From assembly GCA_947630605.1 (NCBI GenBank), contig CANRIO010000002.1:9-64008 (forward strand): a DNA stretch of 64,000 nucleotides, given 5' to 3'. The stretch is from an uncultured Clostridia bacterium. Its GTDB lineage: Bacteria > Bacillota > Clostridia > Christensenellales > Borkfalkiaceae. Both the position numbers and the translations under genes were made by a program. Positions 1-8,498 of the stretch are shown here, piece by piece. Each line of letters starts with the position of its first letter. The stretch's first letter is position 1. The notes under the pieces are model-generated. The model ran no database searches. It saw only the letters and a list, made by a program, of their open reading frames with translations, and had not been told where the DNA came from.

Positions 1-251
1 GCATAGGCGGCAGAGAGGATGGCCTGGTTGTCGGCCTCGCTCCCGCCCGAGGTGAAGTATATCTCGCGGGGGTCGGCGTTCAGAACGGCCGCGATCTCCC
101 CGCGGCTCTTTTCGAGGACCTCCTTCGCCCGCTGTCCCTCGGTGTGCAGGCTGGAAGGGTTGCCGTAAAACGCCCATGCGGTCTGATTGTAAGCCTCGAT
201 CGCGCAGGGTAAAATTTTCGTCGTCGCCGCATGATCTGCGTATACAAACAT
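1..251 (-). CDS. Cysteine desulfurase / class-V aminotransferase (NifS/IscS-like). Only the N-terminal 83 codons are present; the gene continues past the window start.
   Basis: Absent from the ORF track because it is open at the window edge. The reverse strand from ATG 251..249 reads MFVYADHAATTKILPCAIEAYNQTAWAFYGNPSSLHTEGQRAKEVLEKSRGEIAAVLNADPREIYFTSGGSEADNQAILSAAY. This is a typical NifS/IscS N-terminus (AATT, NPSSxH, FTSGGSE). A GGAGG RBS lies 8 nt upstream. Confidence 0.85.
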   Translation of the reverse strand, partial: MFVYADHAATTKILPCAIEAYNQTAWAFYGNPSSLHTEGQRAKEVLEKSRGEIAAVLNADPREIYFTSGGSEADNQAILSAAY

Positions 252-273
252 GTTGTGATCCTCCGCAAAAATA

Positions 274-324
274 AATTCCTATCTTTTCGATAGGAATTAT
301 ACCATGTCCGAACCCTTGTGTCAA
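274..324 (-). promoter_or_regulatory. Promoter of the nifS-like gene, with a perfect 25-bp palindromic operator candidate overlapping it.
   Basis: Minus strand: TTGACA (324..319), a 17-nt spacer, then TATAAT (301..296). AATTCCTATC-N5-GATAGGAATT at 274..298 overlaps the -10 and the predicted +1. The promoter spacer contains one copy of the recurrent motif TCGGACATGG. Confidence 0.6.
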
Positions 325-348
325 GCATTTTTGCGGTATTGTATGCAT

Positions 349-800
349 ACCGCGTCATGCTGAGCCGATAAAGAGGGATGAAAACTGCGAGCCCATCCCC
401 GAAGCATCCCGAGGATGAAAACAGCAACATTGATAAACAGCAACCCGTTCCAAATTTCGTCATGCTGCCCCGACCGCGGCTTCTATTATTTATCGAAGGT
501 CGGCACGAAGTAGCGCAGTTGAAGTATCACCTTATTATTCGGACTTACGTTTTAGGAGATTCTTCGGAGAGTTGCTTTCACGGAAAGCCTTATTGGCGTG
601 GTCGGCTCAGAATGACGCTTACCGCCCCACATCATTCATTATTCCCTCATCTCGACGCCGTATATTATTCCCCCTCATCTCGACGCCGCGCCGCCCATCG
701 GGCGGCGCGGCGGAGGAGACCCCTCTCAAAGCACTTCGTTGGGTTTGTAGGGATCCTCTCGGCTTCGCCTCGGAATGAGGACTTTCCCCCTCCGTGCCTC
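349..800. repeat. Composite intergenic repeat cluster R1.
   Basis: An A-type long palindrome spans 354..616 (arms GTCATGCTGAGCCGATAA ... TCGGCTCAGAATGAC). A B-type element is nested inside it at 459..515. A C-type element follows at 645..780 (CCTCATCTCGACG ... CCTCGGAATGAGG). The same modules recur at nine other sites. Confidence 0.8.
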
Positions 801-804
801 ATCC

Positions 805-834
805 ACAAAAAAAGACCTTGCCCGAATGGCAAGG
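805..834 (-). terminator. Rho-independent terminator of the rpsF-ssb-rpsR operon.
   Basis: Stem CCTTGCC / GGCAAGG (816..822 and 828..834) with a 5-nt loop. On the minus strand it is followed by a U-run (plus-strand A-run 805..813). Confidence 0.7.
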
Positions 835-853
835 CCTTATGCAACAACAAATT

Positions 854-1183
854 TTATTCTGCTCTGAAGGGGATGAGAGCGGCGATGCGGGCGCGCTTGA
901 TGGCGGTCGCAAGTTCTCTCTGGTGCTTCGCGCAGGTGCCCGTCATGCGGCGGGGGAGGATCTTTCCGCCCTCGGCGACGAACTTCTTGAGCTTTGCCGT
1001 GTCCTTATAGTCGATCGTGGACTTTTCCTGGCAAAAGAGGCAGACCTTCTTGAAGTTCTGCTTTTTGAAGCCCTTTCTGGGAGCGCGGTCTCCCTTCTCC
1101 CGTTCTTCCTTGGGGGCGCCGGCCGCTGCGGGAGCGGCTGTGGCCTCGTCCTCTGTGACGGGAACAACAACTTCTTCTTCCAT
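854..1183 (-). CDS. rpsR: 30S ribosomal protein S18.
   Basis: 109 aa. The C-terminal ~75 aa match S18 ([50 protein letters not shown]). AAGGAG RBS. The rpsF-ssb-rpsR order is present. It carries an unusual ~35-aa acidic/Ala-Pro N-terminal extension. Confidence 0.95.
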   Translation of the reverse strand: MEEEVVVPVTEDEATAAPAAAGAPKEEREKGDRAPRKGFKKQNFKKVCLFCQEKSTIDYKDTAKLKKFVAEGGKILPRRMTGTCAKHQRELATAIKRARIAALIPFRAE

Positions 1184-1242
1184 ATCTTACTCCTTTTAGA
1201 ATTTAGTGGCCGCTTCTGCGGGTGCAAAAGGGCTGTTTCCCC

Positions 1243-1671
1243 TTAGAAGGGGATATCGCCGTCGTCGTCGAAGGATTCGAGTTGCGGCTTCTTCTTGGCG
1301 GGGGCATTGGAGCCCGAGGGGGCGGGTGCGTCGTAGAAATCGTCGCCGCCCTGCGCCTTGGTCGTGAGGAACTCCACGTCCTGTGCGATGACATCGACGG
1401 CCGTGCGGCGGTTGCCCTGGTTGTCCTCATAGTTGCGGATCTGGACGCTTCCCGAGACGGCAACTTTGGAGCCCTTCTTCACATATCTTGCAATGGTGTC
1501 GGCGAGGCCGCGCCATGCGGTGACGTTGAAGAAGTCGGTCTGCCGTTCTCCGTCCGAGGACGTATAGGAACGGTTGACGGCGATCGCAAAGTGGCAGACG
1601 CTGACGCCGCCCGAAGTTTCCGTAAGTTCGGGATCGCGGGTGAGATTTCCTATCAAAAACACCTTATTCAT
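1243..1671 (-). CDS. ssb: Single-stranded DNA-binding protein.
   Basis: 142 aa. OB-fold N-terminus MNKVFLIGNLTRDPEL, and the acidic C-terminal tip DDDGDIPF typical of SSB. Confidence 0.95.
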   Translation of the reverse strand: MNKVFLIGNLTRDPELTETSGGVSVCHFAIAVNRSYTSSDGERQTDFFNVTAWRGLADTIARYVKKGSKVAVSGSVQIRNYEDNQGNRRTAVDVIAQDVEFLTTKAQGGDDFYDAPAPSGSNAPAKKKPQLESFDDDGDIPF

Positions 1672-1672
1672 C

Positions 1673-1960
1673 TTATTTTTCCTCTACTTTTGTGATCATA
1701 CGTCTGAGCACATCCTGCGAGATGCCCGCAACGCGGTCAAGCTCTTTGAGTGCCTGAGCATTTGCCGTAAACGTCATGAGGGCATAGAAGGCGTCCGTCT
1801 TGTAAGCGATGGGGTAAGCGGTCTTCTTGACCCCCCACTTATCGAGCGTCTCTACGTTGCCGCCGAAGGATGCGACGATGTCGGTATACTTTTTGAGTTC
1901 GGCATCGGTGGCTTCCTCGCTCATGTCGCTTTTGAGCAGAATCAGCATTTCGTACTTCAT
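1673..1960 (-). CDS. rpsF: 30S ribosomal protein S6.
   Basis: 95 aa, MKYEMLILLKSD..., the first gene of the S6-SSB-S18 operon. GGGAGG RBS. Confidence 0.95.
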   Translation of the reverse strand: MKYEMLILLKSDMSEEATDAELKKYTDIVASFGGNVETLDKWGVKKTAYPIAYKTDAFYALMTFTANAQALKELDRVAGISQDVLRRMITKVEEK

Positions 1961-2043
1961 TCTCTTTTACCTCCCGGTCTTATTCGGCATGCCTTTGCAG
2001 CTTGTGGCTGCGGCATGCAAGGCTATGCGACTTTTGTTTTTTC

Positions 2044-2072
2044 ATTATACCCGTTTTTCAAAAAGAAGTCAA
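2044..2072 (-). promoter_or_regulatory. Sigma-70-type promoter of the rpsF operon.
   Basis: Minus strand: TTGACT (2072..2067), a 17-nt spacer, then TATAAT (2049..2044). This leaves a ~75-nt leader containing a bulged hairpin at 1987..2018. Confidence 0.65.
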
Positions 2073-2116
2073 CGCGTTTTGAACGGGTTTTCGATTTCTC
2101 GGAAAGAATATGATTG

Positions 2117-5100
2117 TCAAGGTGTTTTCGTCAACTCGCTGACGAGCGCCTTGACGAGGCCGAGCGTCTCATTCAGAGTGACTTCGATGAGGTTATATAC
2201 CTTATGCGGCTTTTCTTGTCCGTCGGGCTGGAATGTAAGGCCATCACTGAACGTCGGGATCGTGGTGAGATCCGTGTAGGGATTCTCGTCGATGAGGCCG
2301 TGGAACCAGAGCTCCGCAAGAAGGGTGTTCTGCATGCCGTTCGAGACGTCGGAAATGCTCTCATCCATCTTGAGGATCTCTTTGTCTGTATTGAAATGAA
2401 TGGTGCCGCTCGTCTCATCCTTTTCTCCGAGGAGAAGGTACCAAACGCCCGAGATGTAGCGGTCGAGCTGCTGGTCGCCATCAAAGTAGAGCTCCTTCGT
2501 GTCGCCCTCGTCGTAAACTTCGTCTGCGTTGTAGACGTCTTTGTTCCCGGCCGCGAATTTTCTTTCGACGAAAATCTTTTCCGTGACATAGTCGTAGGGA
2601 TCGCCTTCCTGCGGCTTGGCATGGCGGACGAGCAGTTCCTGACCGTTGTAGACGATCTTCGTGCGGTCTTCTGTGCCTTCCTTCGTGACGAATTCCACTT
2701 TTTCTCCGTTCACGGTGTAGTGCTTCACGCGGCGGTCGAGGTCGACGCGCTCGGGTTCGTCCGTCGCGGTCTCGCCCTCTGCGGGAGTTGCGTATACCTC
2801 GATGTAGTAGTCGCCCGAATCTTCGTCCTGTTTGACCTCGAGGGGAGTGTCGTTATACAAGAATTTGCCATCCGTCAGTTCTTGCCACGCCTCGACCGCG
2901 CCTTTCTCGTAGTCATAGACGCCGTACTCATAGACGGCTGTGAGCTGAACATCATTCTCGTAGTAGTATTTCTTCTCGGTTTCCTTCGTATCTCCTTCGG
3001 AGACCTTCTCTATGAGGTCGTAGTAAATTTCTTTATCTGCGGGAACGGCGGTGTATACATCTTCGCTACCGGACATCGTTTTTACGAAGTATCCCTCGGT
3101 CACTTTCGTTGCTTCGTCTTTCCCGAGCACGCGTTGGACGATCAGATTAGTAGGGGTCACGGCCGTCGGGCGGAAGCTGAAGGCAGCCGAATCTTTACTA
3201 CCATCTGCTTTCAAGCCGTTATATTGTGGATAGTTATAGTTGAATTCGTGGTGACCGTCCGAATTGCTTGCCGCTTTGCCGAAATATGTCGTGTAGAGCC
3301 AATTATAATCGACTGTGACCGTTTTCTTTTCGAATTCACCGTTTGCCTGCAAGAGGTTGACTTGTTTGTTTTTCTCGATCACCATGTAGGAATACATCTG
3401 GTCGCCGAAGACCTGGCTCACGGAGATCTTCTGAATGTCGTCGGAGAGCGTCTCGAGCGTGCTGCCCCTGAGGTTCTTCAAAATCTTGTTGTCCTCGATA
3501 TCCTTTTCTTCCAACAGCTCGGAGAGGCGGAGATTATTCACGCGGGTGGAGAGTTCGCCCAGCTGGCTCGAAGCGAGGTTTTTCAGGAGAAGAGGGGACT
3601 CGTCATCGATCGTGAGCACATCGCCGAGGGTGAGGGAGTCGATCTTCTCCTGGTCGGAGAGATCGCTGATGCGCCAATCCTTCATCGCCTTCATGATGTT
3701 CGAACTGCCTTCGTCGATGCCGATCACCTGCGAGAGCTTGAGCCGGTCGATGCGCTTCTGGTCGCTGAGGTCGGAGATCTTCCAATTCTTCATCGCCTTC
3801 ATGATGCCGCTGCTCGTTTCATCGATATTGAGCACTTCCGAAAGTTTCAGGTTGTCGATGGTATCCTGATTTTTGAGGTCGCCGAGCGTCGTTCCGCGCT
3901 TTGCGAACGCCTGCATGATGTTGGATCCGGCATCCTCGCCGATGACTTCGGAGACCTTGAGGGAATCGATCTTATCAGGGTCTTTGAGATCTTCGATGGT
4001 CCACTCCTTGATCGCCTTCATGAGGGCGGAGGAACCGCTGTCGATCTCCATGACGGCGCCCATCTTCACGCCGTCGAGCACTTTGGCGTCCTCGTCTGTC
4101 AGATCCTTGACCTGCTTCTTTTGGAAGTAAACGGTGGGGGTGCCCGTCTCGTTGGGGTCGGGGAGCATCCTGATGCCGATGACCTGTCTCTTGTTATTTT
4201 CGTCCAAAATGAAGCTGCCGTCCTCCGTCTTTGCATAGACGTAGACGTATCTGCCGTCGCCAAGATATTGCACCTTTGTGACCGGGTCGCCATTTTCGTC
4301 CACGGTCTCTTTGCCGTTTGCGTCCTTCACGGGGACGGTCTCGGTGCGGTAGTTGCCATCCGCATCGATGAGATAGCCGTTCTCGTCGACGAGCTCGCCC
4401 TTCGCATCCTTATAGAACCCGCTCTCGGCATCGGGAGCCCAGGGCGTGTCCTTATTGGCGAACGCTTCGCCCTTCGAGAGCTCTGCGCCATAGGCGAGAT
4501 AGTGCATGAGCTTATCCGAACCCGGCTTGATGCTCATGAGCGTCTCCACTTCCATACCCTGGATGAGTGCGTCGGAGTTCGAGGTGAATTCCTCCATCTT
4601 GGTAGGATATTTCTCGTCGTGGCCGTCGAGCATGACGATCTGCTTCGCCTCGACGTCGAGTTCCCAATCTTCGCCGCGGGCGCCGTACGAAAGGGCATAC
4701 ATGACGCCGTTTTTCTCGACATCCTCTTCCTTCACGTCCTGGTCGATGCCGAGCACGGTGCCCAGCTCGAGGGCGTTGATGACGAGAGACGAGTCTTCCA
4801 TGAGGTCCTTGAGCGTGGTGGGGAAGACATGCCCTTCGCCATTGCTTCCATCTTTAGTTCCCGTTCCGTCTTCCTTTGCAAGGGTTTGATTCTCCGTCTC
4901 GGGCTTTTTGCCCTTGTCTGTGAGAATCTTGATCCTGCCCTCTTCGACTTCGTAATCCACGCCCCGCTTGCCGTAGGAGAGGGCATACATCATGGCATTG
5001 TCGGAGAGTTTCTGCTCGGTGACGTCCTTGTTGAGCCCCATGAGGGTGCCGAGACGGATGTCGTTGAGCGTTTCTGTCGGGTTTTCCATGAGGTCGCCCA

Positions 5101-5773
5101 CCTTCGTGGGGGTGGCCCCTTCTTTTAAGACGATCCTGCCGTTTATGATATCATAGTCCTCGCCTTCCTCGCCGTAGCAGAGGGCAAGGAGCATGGCGTC
5201 GGAGTTTGCGTCCACATCGGCGAGCTTGCCGAGTTCGGCAGACTTTATGACGTCGTCCATGAAGAAGTCCCCGAGCTTATCGAAGGTTGTGGCCTTGAAC
5301 TTCCCCTGCATCTCTTCGCCGAAATCGATGCCGAACGCCTCCAGATTGGTCTTCAGGGTCGAGAGGAGGGGATCGTCGATCGCGGTCGTGTATTTGGCAA
5401 TGTCGCCAAGCGTCTTGAGGTCGCCCTTGCTGATATCGCTCGCGAGGTCGCTGATGAGCTTGAGCAGAGTGTCGCTCTTATAATCTTCGGTGATGTAGCC
5501 GGAAAGGCCGGGGATATCTCCGATCTTCACCGTGGAGGCGACGATGAGGCCCGCTCCAAGAAAACCGCCGAGACCGCCAAAGAGCCCAAGGCAAAAGGCG
5601 AGCGCAATGGCGACGATCGCGCGGAAAGTTCCGCGGGGCCTGTAATGGGCGCGGGGATAGATCTTGCCCTCCCTTACGAGACGGACTTCGAGGGCGCGTT
5701 TATCGTGGTCCGTGGATCTGGCGATCCTGCGCGCCTCTTTTCTGCGGGCGAGTTCAGCTTTGGAAAGACTCAT
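2117..5773 (-). CDS. Large (1218 aa) N-terminally membrane-anchored extracellular repeat protein of unknown function.
   Basis: The track ORF runs 2117..5833; I trimmed it to the ATG at 5773, which has a GAGAGG RBS. One TM helix (AIVAIALAFCLGLFGGLGGFLGAGLIV) follows a basic N-terminus. The centre holds about 5 tandem ~38-aa repeats (LKxSEVxGIDExSSxIMKAMKxWxISDLSDQxKID). The gene looks lower in GC than its neighbours. Confidence 0.75.
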   Translation of the reverse strand: MSLSKAELARRKEARRIARSTDHDKRALEVRLVREGKIYPRAHYRPRGTFRAIVAIALAFCLGLFGGLGGFLGAGLIVASTVKIGDIPGLSGYITEDYKSDTLLKLISDLASDISKGDLKTLGDIAKYTTAIDDPLLSTLKTNLEAFGIDFGEEMQGKFKATTFDKLGDFFMDDVIKSAELGKLADVDANSDAMLLALCYGEEGEDYDIINGRIVLKEGATPTKVGDLMENPTETLNDIRLGTLMGLNKDVTEQKLSDNAMMYALSYGKRGVDYEVEEGRIKILTDKGKKPETENQTLAKEDGTGTKDGSNGEGHVFPTTLKDLMEDSSLVINALELGTVLGIDQDVKEEDVEKNGVMYALSYGARGEDWELDVEAKQIVMLDGHDEKYPTKMEEFTSNSDALIQGMEVETLMSIKPGSDKLMHYLAYGAELSKGEAFANKDTPWAPDAESGFYKDAKGELVDENGYLIDADGNYRTETVPVKDANGKETVDENGDPVTKVQYLGDGRYVYVYAKTEDGSFILDENNKRQVIGIRMLPDPNETGTPTVYFQKKQVKDLTDEDAKVLDGVKMGAVMEIDSGSSALMKAIKEWTIEDLKDPDKIDSLKVSEVIGEDAGSNIMQAFAKRGTTLGDLKNQDTIDNLKLSEVLNIDETSSGIMKAMKNWKISDLSDQKRIDRLKLSQVIGIDEGSSNIMKAMKDWRISDLSDQEKIDSLTLGDVLTIDDESPLLLKNLASSQLGELSTRVNNLRLSELLEEKDIEDNKILKNLRGSTLETLSDDIQKISVSQVFGDQMYSYMVIEKNKQVNLLQANGEFEKKTVTVDYNWLYTTYFGKAASNSDGHHEFNYNYPQYNGLKADGSKDSAAFSFRPTAVTPTNLIVQRVLGKDEATKVTEGYFVKTMSGSEDVYTAVPADKEIYYDLIEKVSEGDTKETEKKYYYENDVQLTAVYEYGVYDYEKGAVEAWQELTDGKFLYNDTPLEVKQDEDSGDYYIEVYATPAEGETATDEPERVDLDRRVKHYTVNGEKVEFVTKEGTEDRTKIVYNGQELLVRHAKPQEGDPYDYVTEKIFVERKFAAGNKDVYNADEVYDEGDTKELYFDGDQQLDRYISGVWYLLLGEKDETSGTIHFNTDKEILKMDESISDVSNGMQNTLLAELWFHGLIDENPYTDLTTIPTFSDGLTFQPDGQEKPHKVYNLIEVTLNETLGLVKALVSELTKTP

Positions 5774-5926
5774 CGCAATACCTCTCAGGTTGAGATTGAA
5801 AAAATGAAAGACGGGCACGGGCGTGCACCGCAAGTTTCATACGAAGCAATTATAATACACGCGCGCGAAAATTGCAAGCGTTTCTTGAAAATAAAACTTA
5901 CCAAAATTGGAAAAGAGTAAAATAGC

Positions 5927-6141
5927 GTCATTCTGCCCCGCCCGCACGTTCTGATCGCCGTCGAAGGGCGGCACGAGGGGCACCGCCCCGAAGTAGCCGA
6001 AAGTGTCAACCGCGTCATGCTGAGCCGACCAAAACATTACGCAGTCCATAGCGGCCCATCCTCGAAGCATCCCCTAATACGAAGTCCGCGTTTTCATCCT
6101 CGGGATCCTTCGACTTCGGCTTCGCCTCCGCTCAGGATGAC
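5927..6141. repeat. Repeat cluster R2, made of a B-type element and an A-type palindrome.
   Basis: B: GTCATTCTGCCCCGCCCGCACGTTCTGATCGCCGTCGAAGGGCGGCACGAGGGGCA..CCCCGAAGTAG at 5927..5996. A: GTCATGCTGAGCC ... GCTCAGGATGAC at 6014..6141. Confidence 0.8.
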
Positions 6142-6153
6142 ACGTTTACGCGG

Positions 6154-7521
6154 TCACCAATTCCGCATCTCGGACTTCATCAAAATGCGGGCATGGCGGA
6201 GAAGGTGGGCATGTCCGTTGCGGGAGCCGTCCGCGGCGCAGTAGAGGAGAAGTTCGTCGAGCATCCTGCCCGTCAGCTTCTCGGGGACGCCCGCGGTTTT
6301 CAAGTCCCGCCCGTTCACGGCGAGTTCGCGAAGGGTAAACGGCACGCCCTCCTCTTGCATTTTAATGAGGATATTCTGCCATTTTACGACGGTGGGGGCG
6401 GGGGAGAGGTCCCCCTTGCATGCGGAAAAGTCGGCCTGTTTTAAGGCGAGGAGGGCGGGGAGCTGTTCGTGGATGCGCACGATTTTCCGCCGCACCTTTC
6501 CCTCGCGCATGGCGCAGTCGAAGTCGCACATGTGATTTAAGGTGAGGAAGACGGTCTCCTCGATGAGCTTCCTTGGCGCCTTGAAACGAAGGAGGATCTC
6601 CTCCGCGATCCGCGCTCCCTCCCGGTCATGGTCATGGAAGTTGCCGTCCCGTAGCATACAGAAGGGTTTCCCCACGTCATGCAGAAGGGCGGCGAAACGA
6701 ATTTCAGGGGGGGCATGTCTGACACAGAGGAGGCTGTGTGTGAGCACATCGTGGTCATGGTATGCCCGTTTTTGCTCCATGCCGTCGCCGAGGGTGAGCT
6801 CGGGCAGGACCTTTGCAAGCACCCCCGTCTCCTTCAGGATGAGGAGCCCGCGCAAAGGGGCTTCCGCGTCGCCGTGTTTCAGGTCGGAAAGGAGCAGAAG
6901 GCGAAGCTCGGCAAAGATGCGCTCGGGGGCGATGTCGCCGATGAGCGAAGCATTTTGCCTTGCCCCCGCAAGACATTCTTCATCGGGGGAAAGCCCCGTC
7001 TCGGCGGAGATGCGGGCAAGCCGCATGAGGCGGAGCCCGTCCTCCGAGAACACCTTTTCCGCCTCCCGCACCGTGCGGAGCACTCCCCGCCGGATATCCT
7101 CCATGCCGCCGAGAGGGTCGGCAAAACACCCCTTTTTGATATCATAGTAGACGGCGTTTGCGCAGAAGTCGCGGCGGCGGGCGTCGAGGGAAATGTCCTC
7201 CGTGAAGAAGGTCTCCGAGGGGGTGTGTTCCCCGCGGATATACTTGTCCGAGCGGAAGCGGGTGAACTCGTATCCGCGGCCCTCCCCGTCCTCGAGCTTC
7301 ACCGTCCCCGTGTGGCGGTAGACGGCGCGGATGAGAAATCCGCACTTTTCGGCGGCGGAAAGCAGTTCCTCTTCGCGCATGGGGGAGGTGATGTCGTAGT
7401 CCGTCTTGTCGCCGAGGGGGTAACCCAAAAGAAAGTCGCGCACGCTCCCGCCCACGACAAAGAGGGGGGAGGCACAGCCTTCGGCGAGACGGATGAGGTT
7501 TTGGGGAAGCAAGTTCTTCAT
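6154..7521 (-). CDS. cca: CCA-adding tRNA nucleotidyltransferase with an HD domain.
   Basis: 455 aa. GGSVRDFLLG and DYD nucleotidyltransferase motifs, RRDF, and a C-terminal HD (LLHDVGKP). Confidence 0.85.
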   Translation of the reverse strand: MKNLLPQNLIRLAEGCASPLFVVGGSVRDFLLGYPLGDKTDYDITSPMREEELLSAAEKCGFLIRAVYRHTGTVKLEDGEGRGYEFTRFRSDKYIRGEHTPSETFFTEDISLDARRRDFCANAVYYDIKKGCFADPLGGMEDIRRGVLRTVREAEKVFSEDGLRLMRLARISAETGLSPDEECLAGARQNASLIGDIAPERIFAELRLLLLSDLKHGDAEAPLRGLLILKETGVLAKVLPELTLGDGMEQKRAYHDHDVLTHSLLCVRHAPPEIRFAALLHDVGKPFCMLRDGNFHDHDREGARIAEEILLRFKAPRKLIEETVFLTLNHMCDFDCAMREGKVRRKIVRIHEQLPALLALKQADFSACKGDLSPAPTVVKWQNILIKMQEEGVPFTLRELAVNGRDLKTAGVPEKLTGRMLDELLLYCAADGSRNGHAHLLRHARILMKSEMRNW

Positions 7522-7573
7522 GGCACCCCTTTGAAAATTTTCTCAAAAACAGTATAGCAAATTTCCAAATAAA

Positions 7574-7602
7574 TTGCAATTCCCGAAAAGATATTGTATA
7601 AT
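7574..7602 (+). promoter_or_regulatory. Promoter for the lipid kinase / phosphatase operon.
   Basis: TTGCAA (7574..7579), a 17-nt spacer, then TATAAT (7597..7602) preceded by TG (extended -10). Confidence 0.6.
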
Positions 7603-7634
7603 ACAGACGGAAATCCCACAAAGCGGATGAATTT

Positions 7635-8498
7635 ATGCTGCACTTTATCGTCAATCCCCATGCAAAGAATGCGAAGAAAGTCCTGCCCGCGCTCAAGGGC
7701 CGTCTTGCGGAGGCGGACGCCGAATACGATCTCTTCGAGGGCGAGAGCCGCGAGGAGGCGATCGCGCATGTGAGGGCGCTCTCCGAGGCGGGCGAGCGGC
7801 AGTTTGTCGCCGTCGGCGGGGACGGGACGCTCAACGACATCGTGAACGCACTCACCACCCTCGAGGGGGTGGAGCTCGGCCTCATCCCCGCGGGCACGGG
7901 AAACGACTTTGCCGAGGCGGCGGGCATCCCCTTCGGGGAAAAGGCGCTCGATCTCATCCTTTCGGGCGAGGCGAAGGAGACGGACTATCTCGACTGCGGC
8001 ACACATCGCAGCCTCAACATCGCGGGGCTGGGCATCGACGTCGACGTGCTCGAGCGGTGCTACCGCATGAAGCGGGGGAGCGACAAGGGGAAATACTTCC
8101 GCGCCCTGCTCTCCTCCCTCTTCCGCTATAAGGGACAGAGGGTGAAGGTCACGGTGGACGGGGAAAGGGTATGGGAGCATACCGCCTTCATCGTCGCCGC
8201 ATGCAACGGCAGACAGTTCGGCGGGGGGATCCCCATCGACCCGCTTGCAAAAGTGGACGACGGCAAGATCGACCTCCTCCTCATCTCCCTTCCCAAGCGG
8301 TGGAAAATTCCCTTCTATCTTGTCAAACTTATGCACGGCAAGGCGCCCGACCTTCCCATCACGGAGCGGGTGCTCTGCGACGAGGCCGTCATCGAGCAGA
8401 CGGACGGCGAATATATCCAGCTCGACGGAGAGCTTCTTCCCGCCAAAGTGCTGACATGCCGGGTGGTGCACGGAGCGCTCAAAATTTTCAGAGGATGA
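7635..8498 (+). CDS. Diacylglycerol/lipid kinase family protein (YegS/BmrU/DagK type).
   Basis: 287 aa. Contains NPHAKN...VAVGGDGTLNDIVNAL...IPAGTGNDFA, the DAGK catalytic-domain signature. Confidence 0.85.
   Translation: MLHFIVNPHAKNAKKVLPALKGRLAEADAEYDLFEGESREEAIAHVRALSEAGERQFVAVGGDGTLNDIVNALTTLEGVELGLIPAGTGNDFAEAAGIPFGEKALDLILSGEAKETDYLDCGTHRSLNIAGLGIDVDVLERCYRMKRGSDKGKYFRALLSSLFRYKGQRVKVTVDGERVWEHTAFIVAACNGRQFGGGIPIDPLAKVDDGKIDLLLISLPKRWKIPFYLVKLMHGKAPDLPITERVLCDEAVIEQTDGEYIQLDGELLPAKVLTCRVVHGALKIFRG

Noticed and set aside
378-1010. A 210-aa plus-strand ORF. Similar ORFs lie at 6017..6244, 34840..35184, 41431..41622, 51359..51607, 52728..52955 and 59943..60197.
   Set aside because: These are translations of the intergenic repeat modules. 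They share recurrent peptides such as MLSR...KHP, and they run through palindromes and into neighbouring genes' terminators. I treat them as repeats, not genes.
2114-5128. A 1004-aa ORF on the plus strand.
   Set aside because: It is the antisense shadow of the 2117..5773 gene. Its composition is dominated by L, V, R, G, E, D, H and F. It has no RBS, no signal peptide and no recognisable motif. The minus-strand frame has a TM anchor, an RBS and coherent repeats.
8171-8494. Long N-terminal extensions suggested by the ORF track. They occur here and at 15372, 16504, 20996, 23215, 27236, 28822, 43227, 13297, 17810, 9982..10695, 12125..13279, 24704..27364, 47626..49257 and 49303..50607.
   Set aside because: The extensions overlap the upstream gene or a promoter and lack an RBS. 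In each case an internal ATG with a Shine-Dalgarno sequence coincides with the start of the conserved domain or signal peptide.
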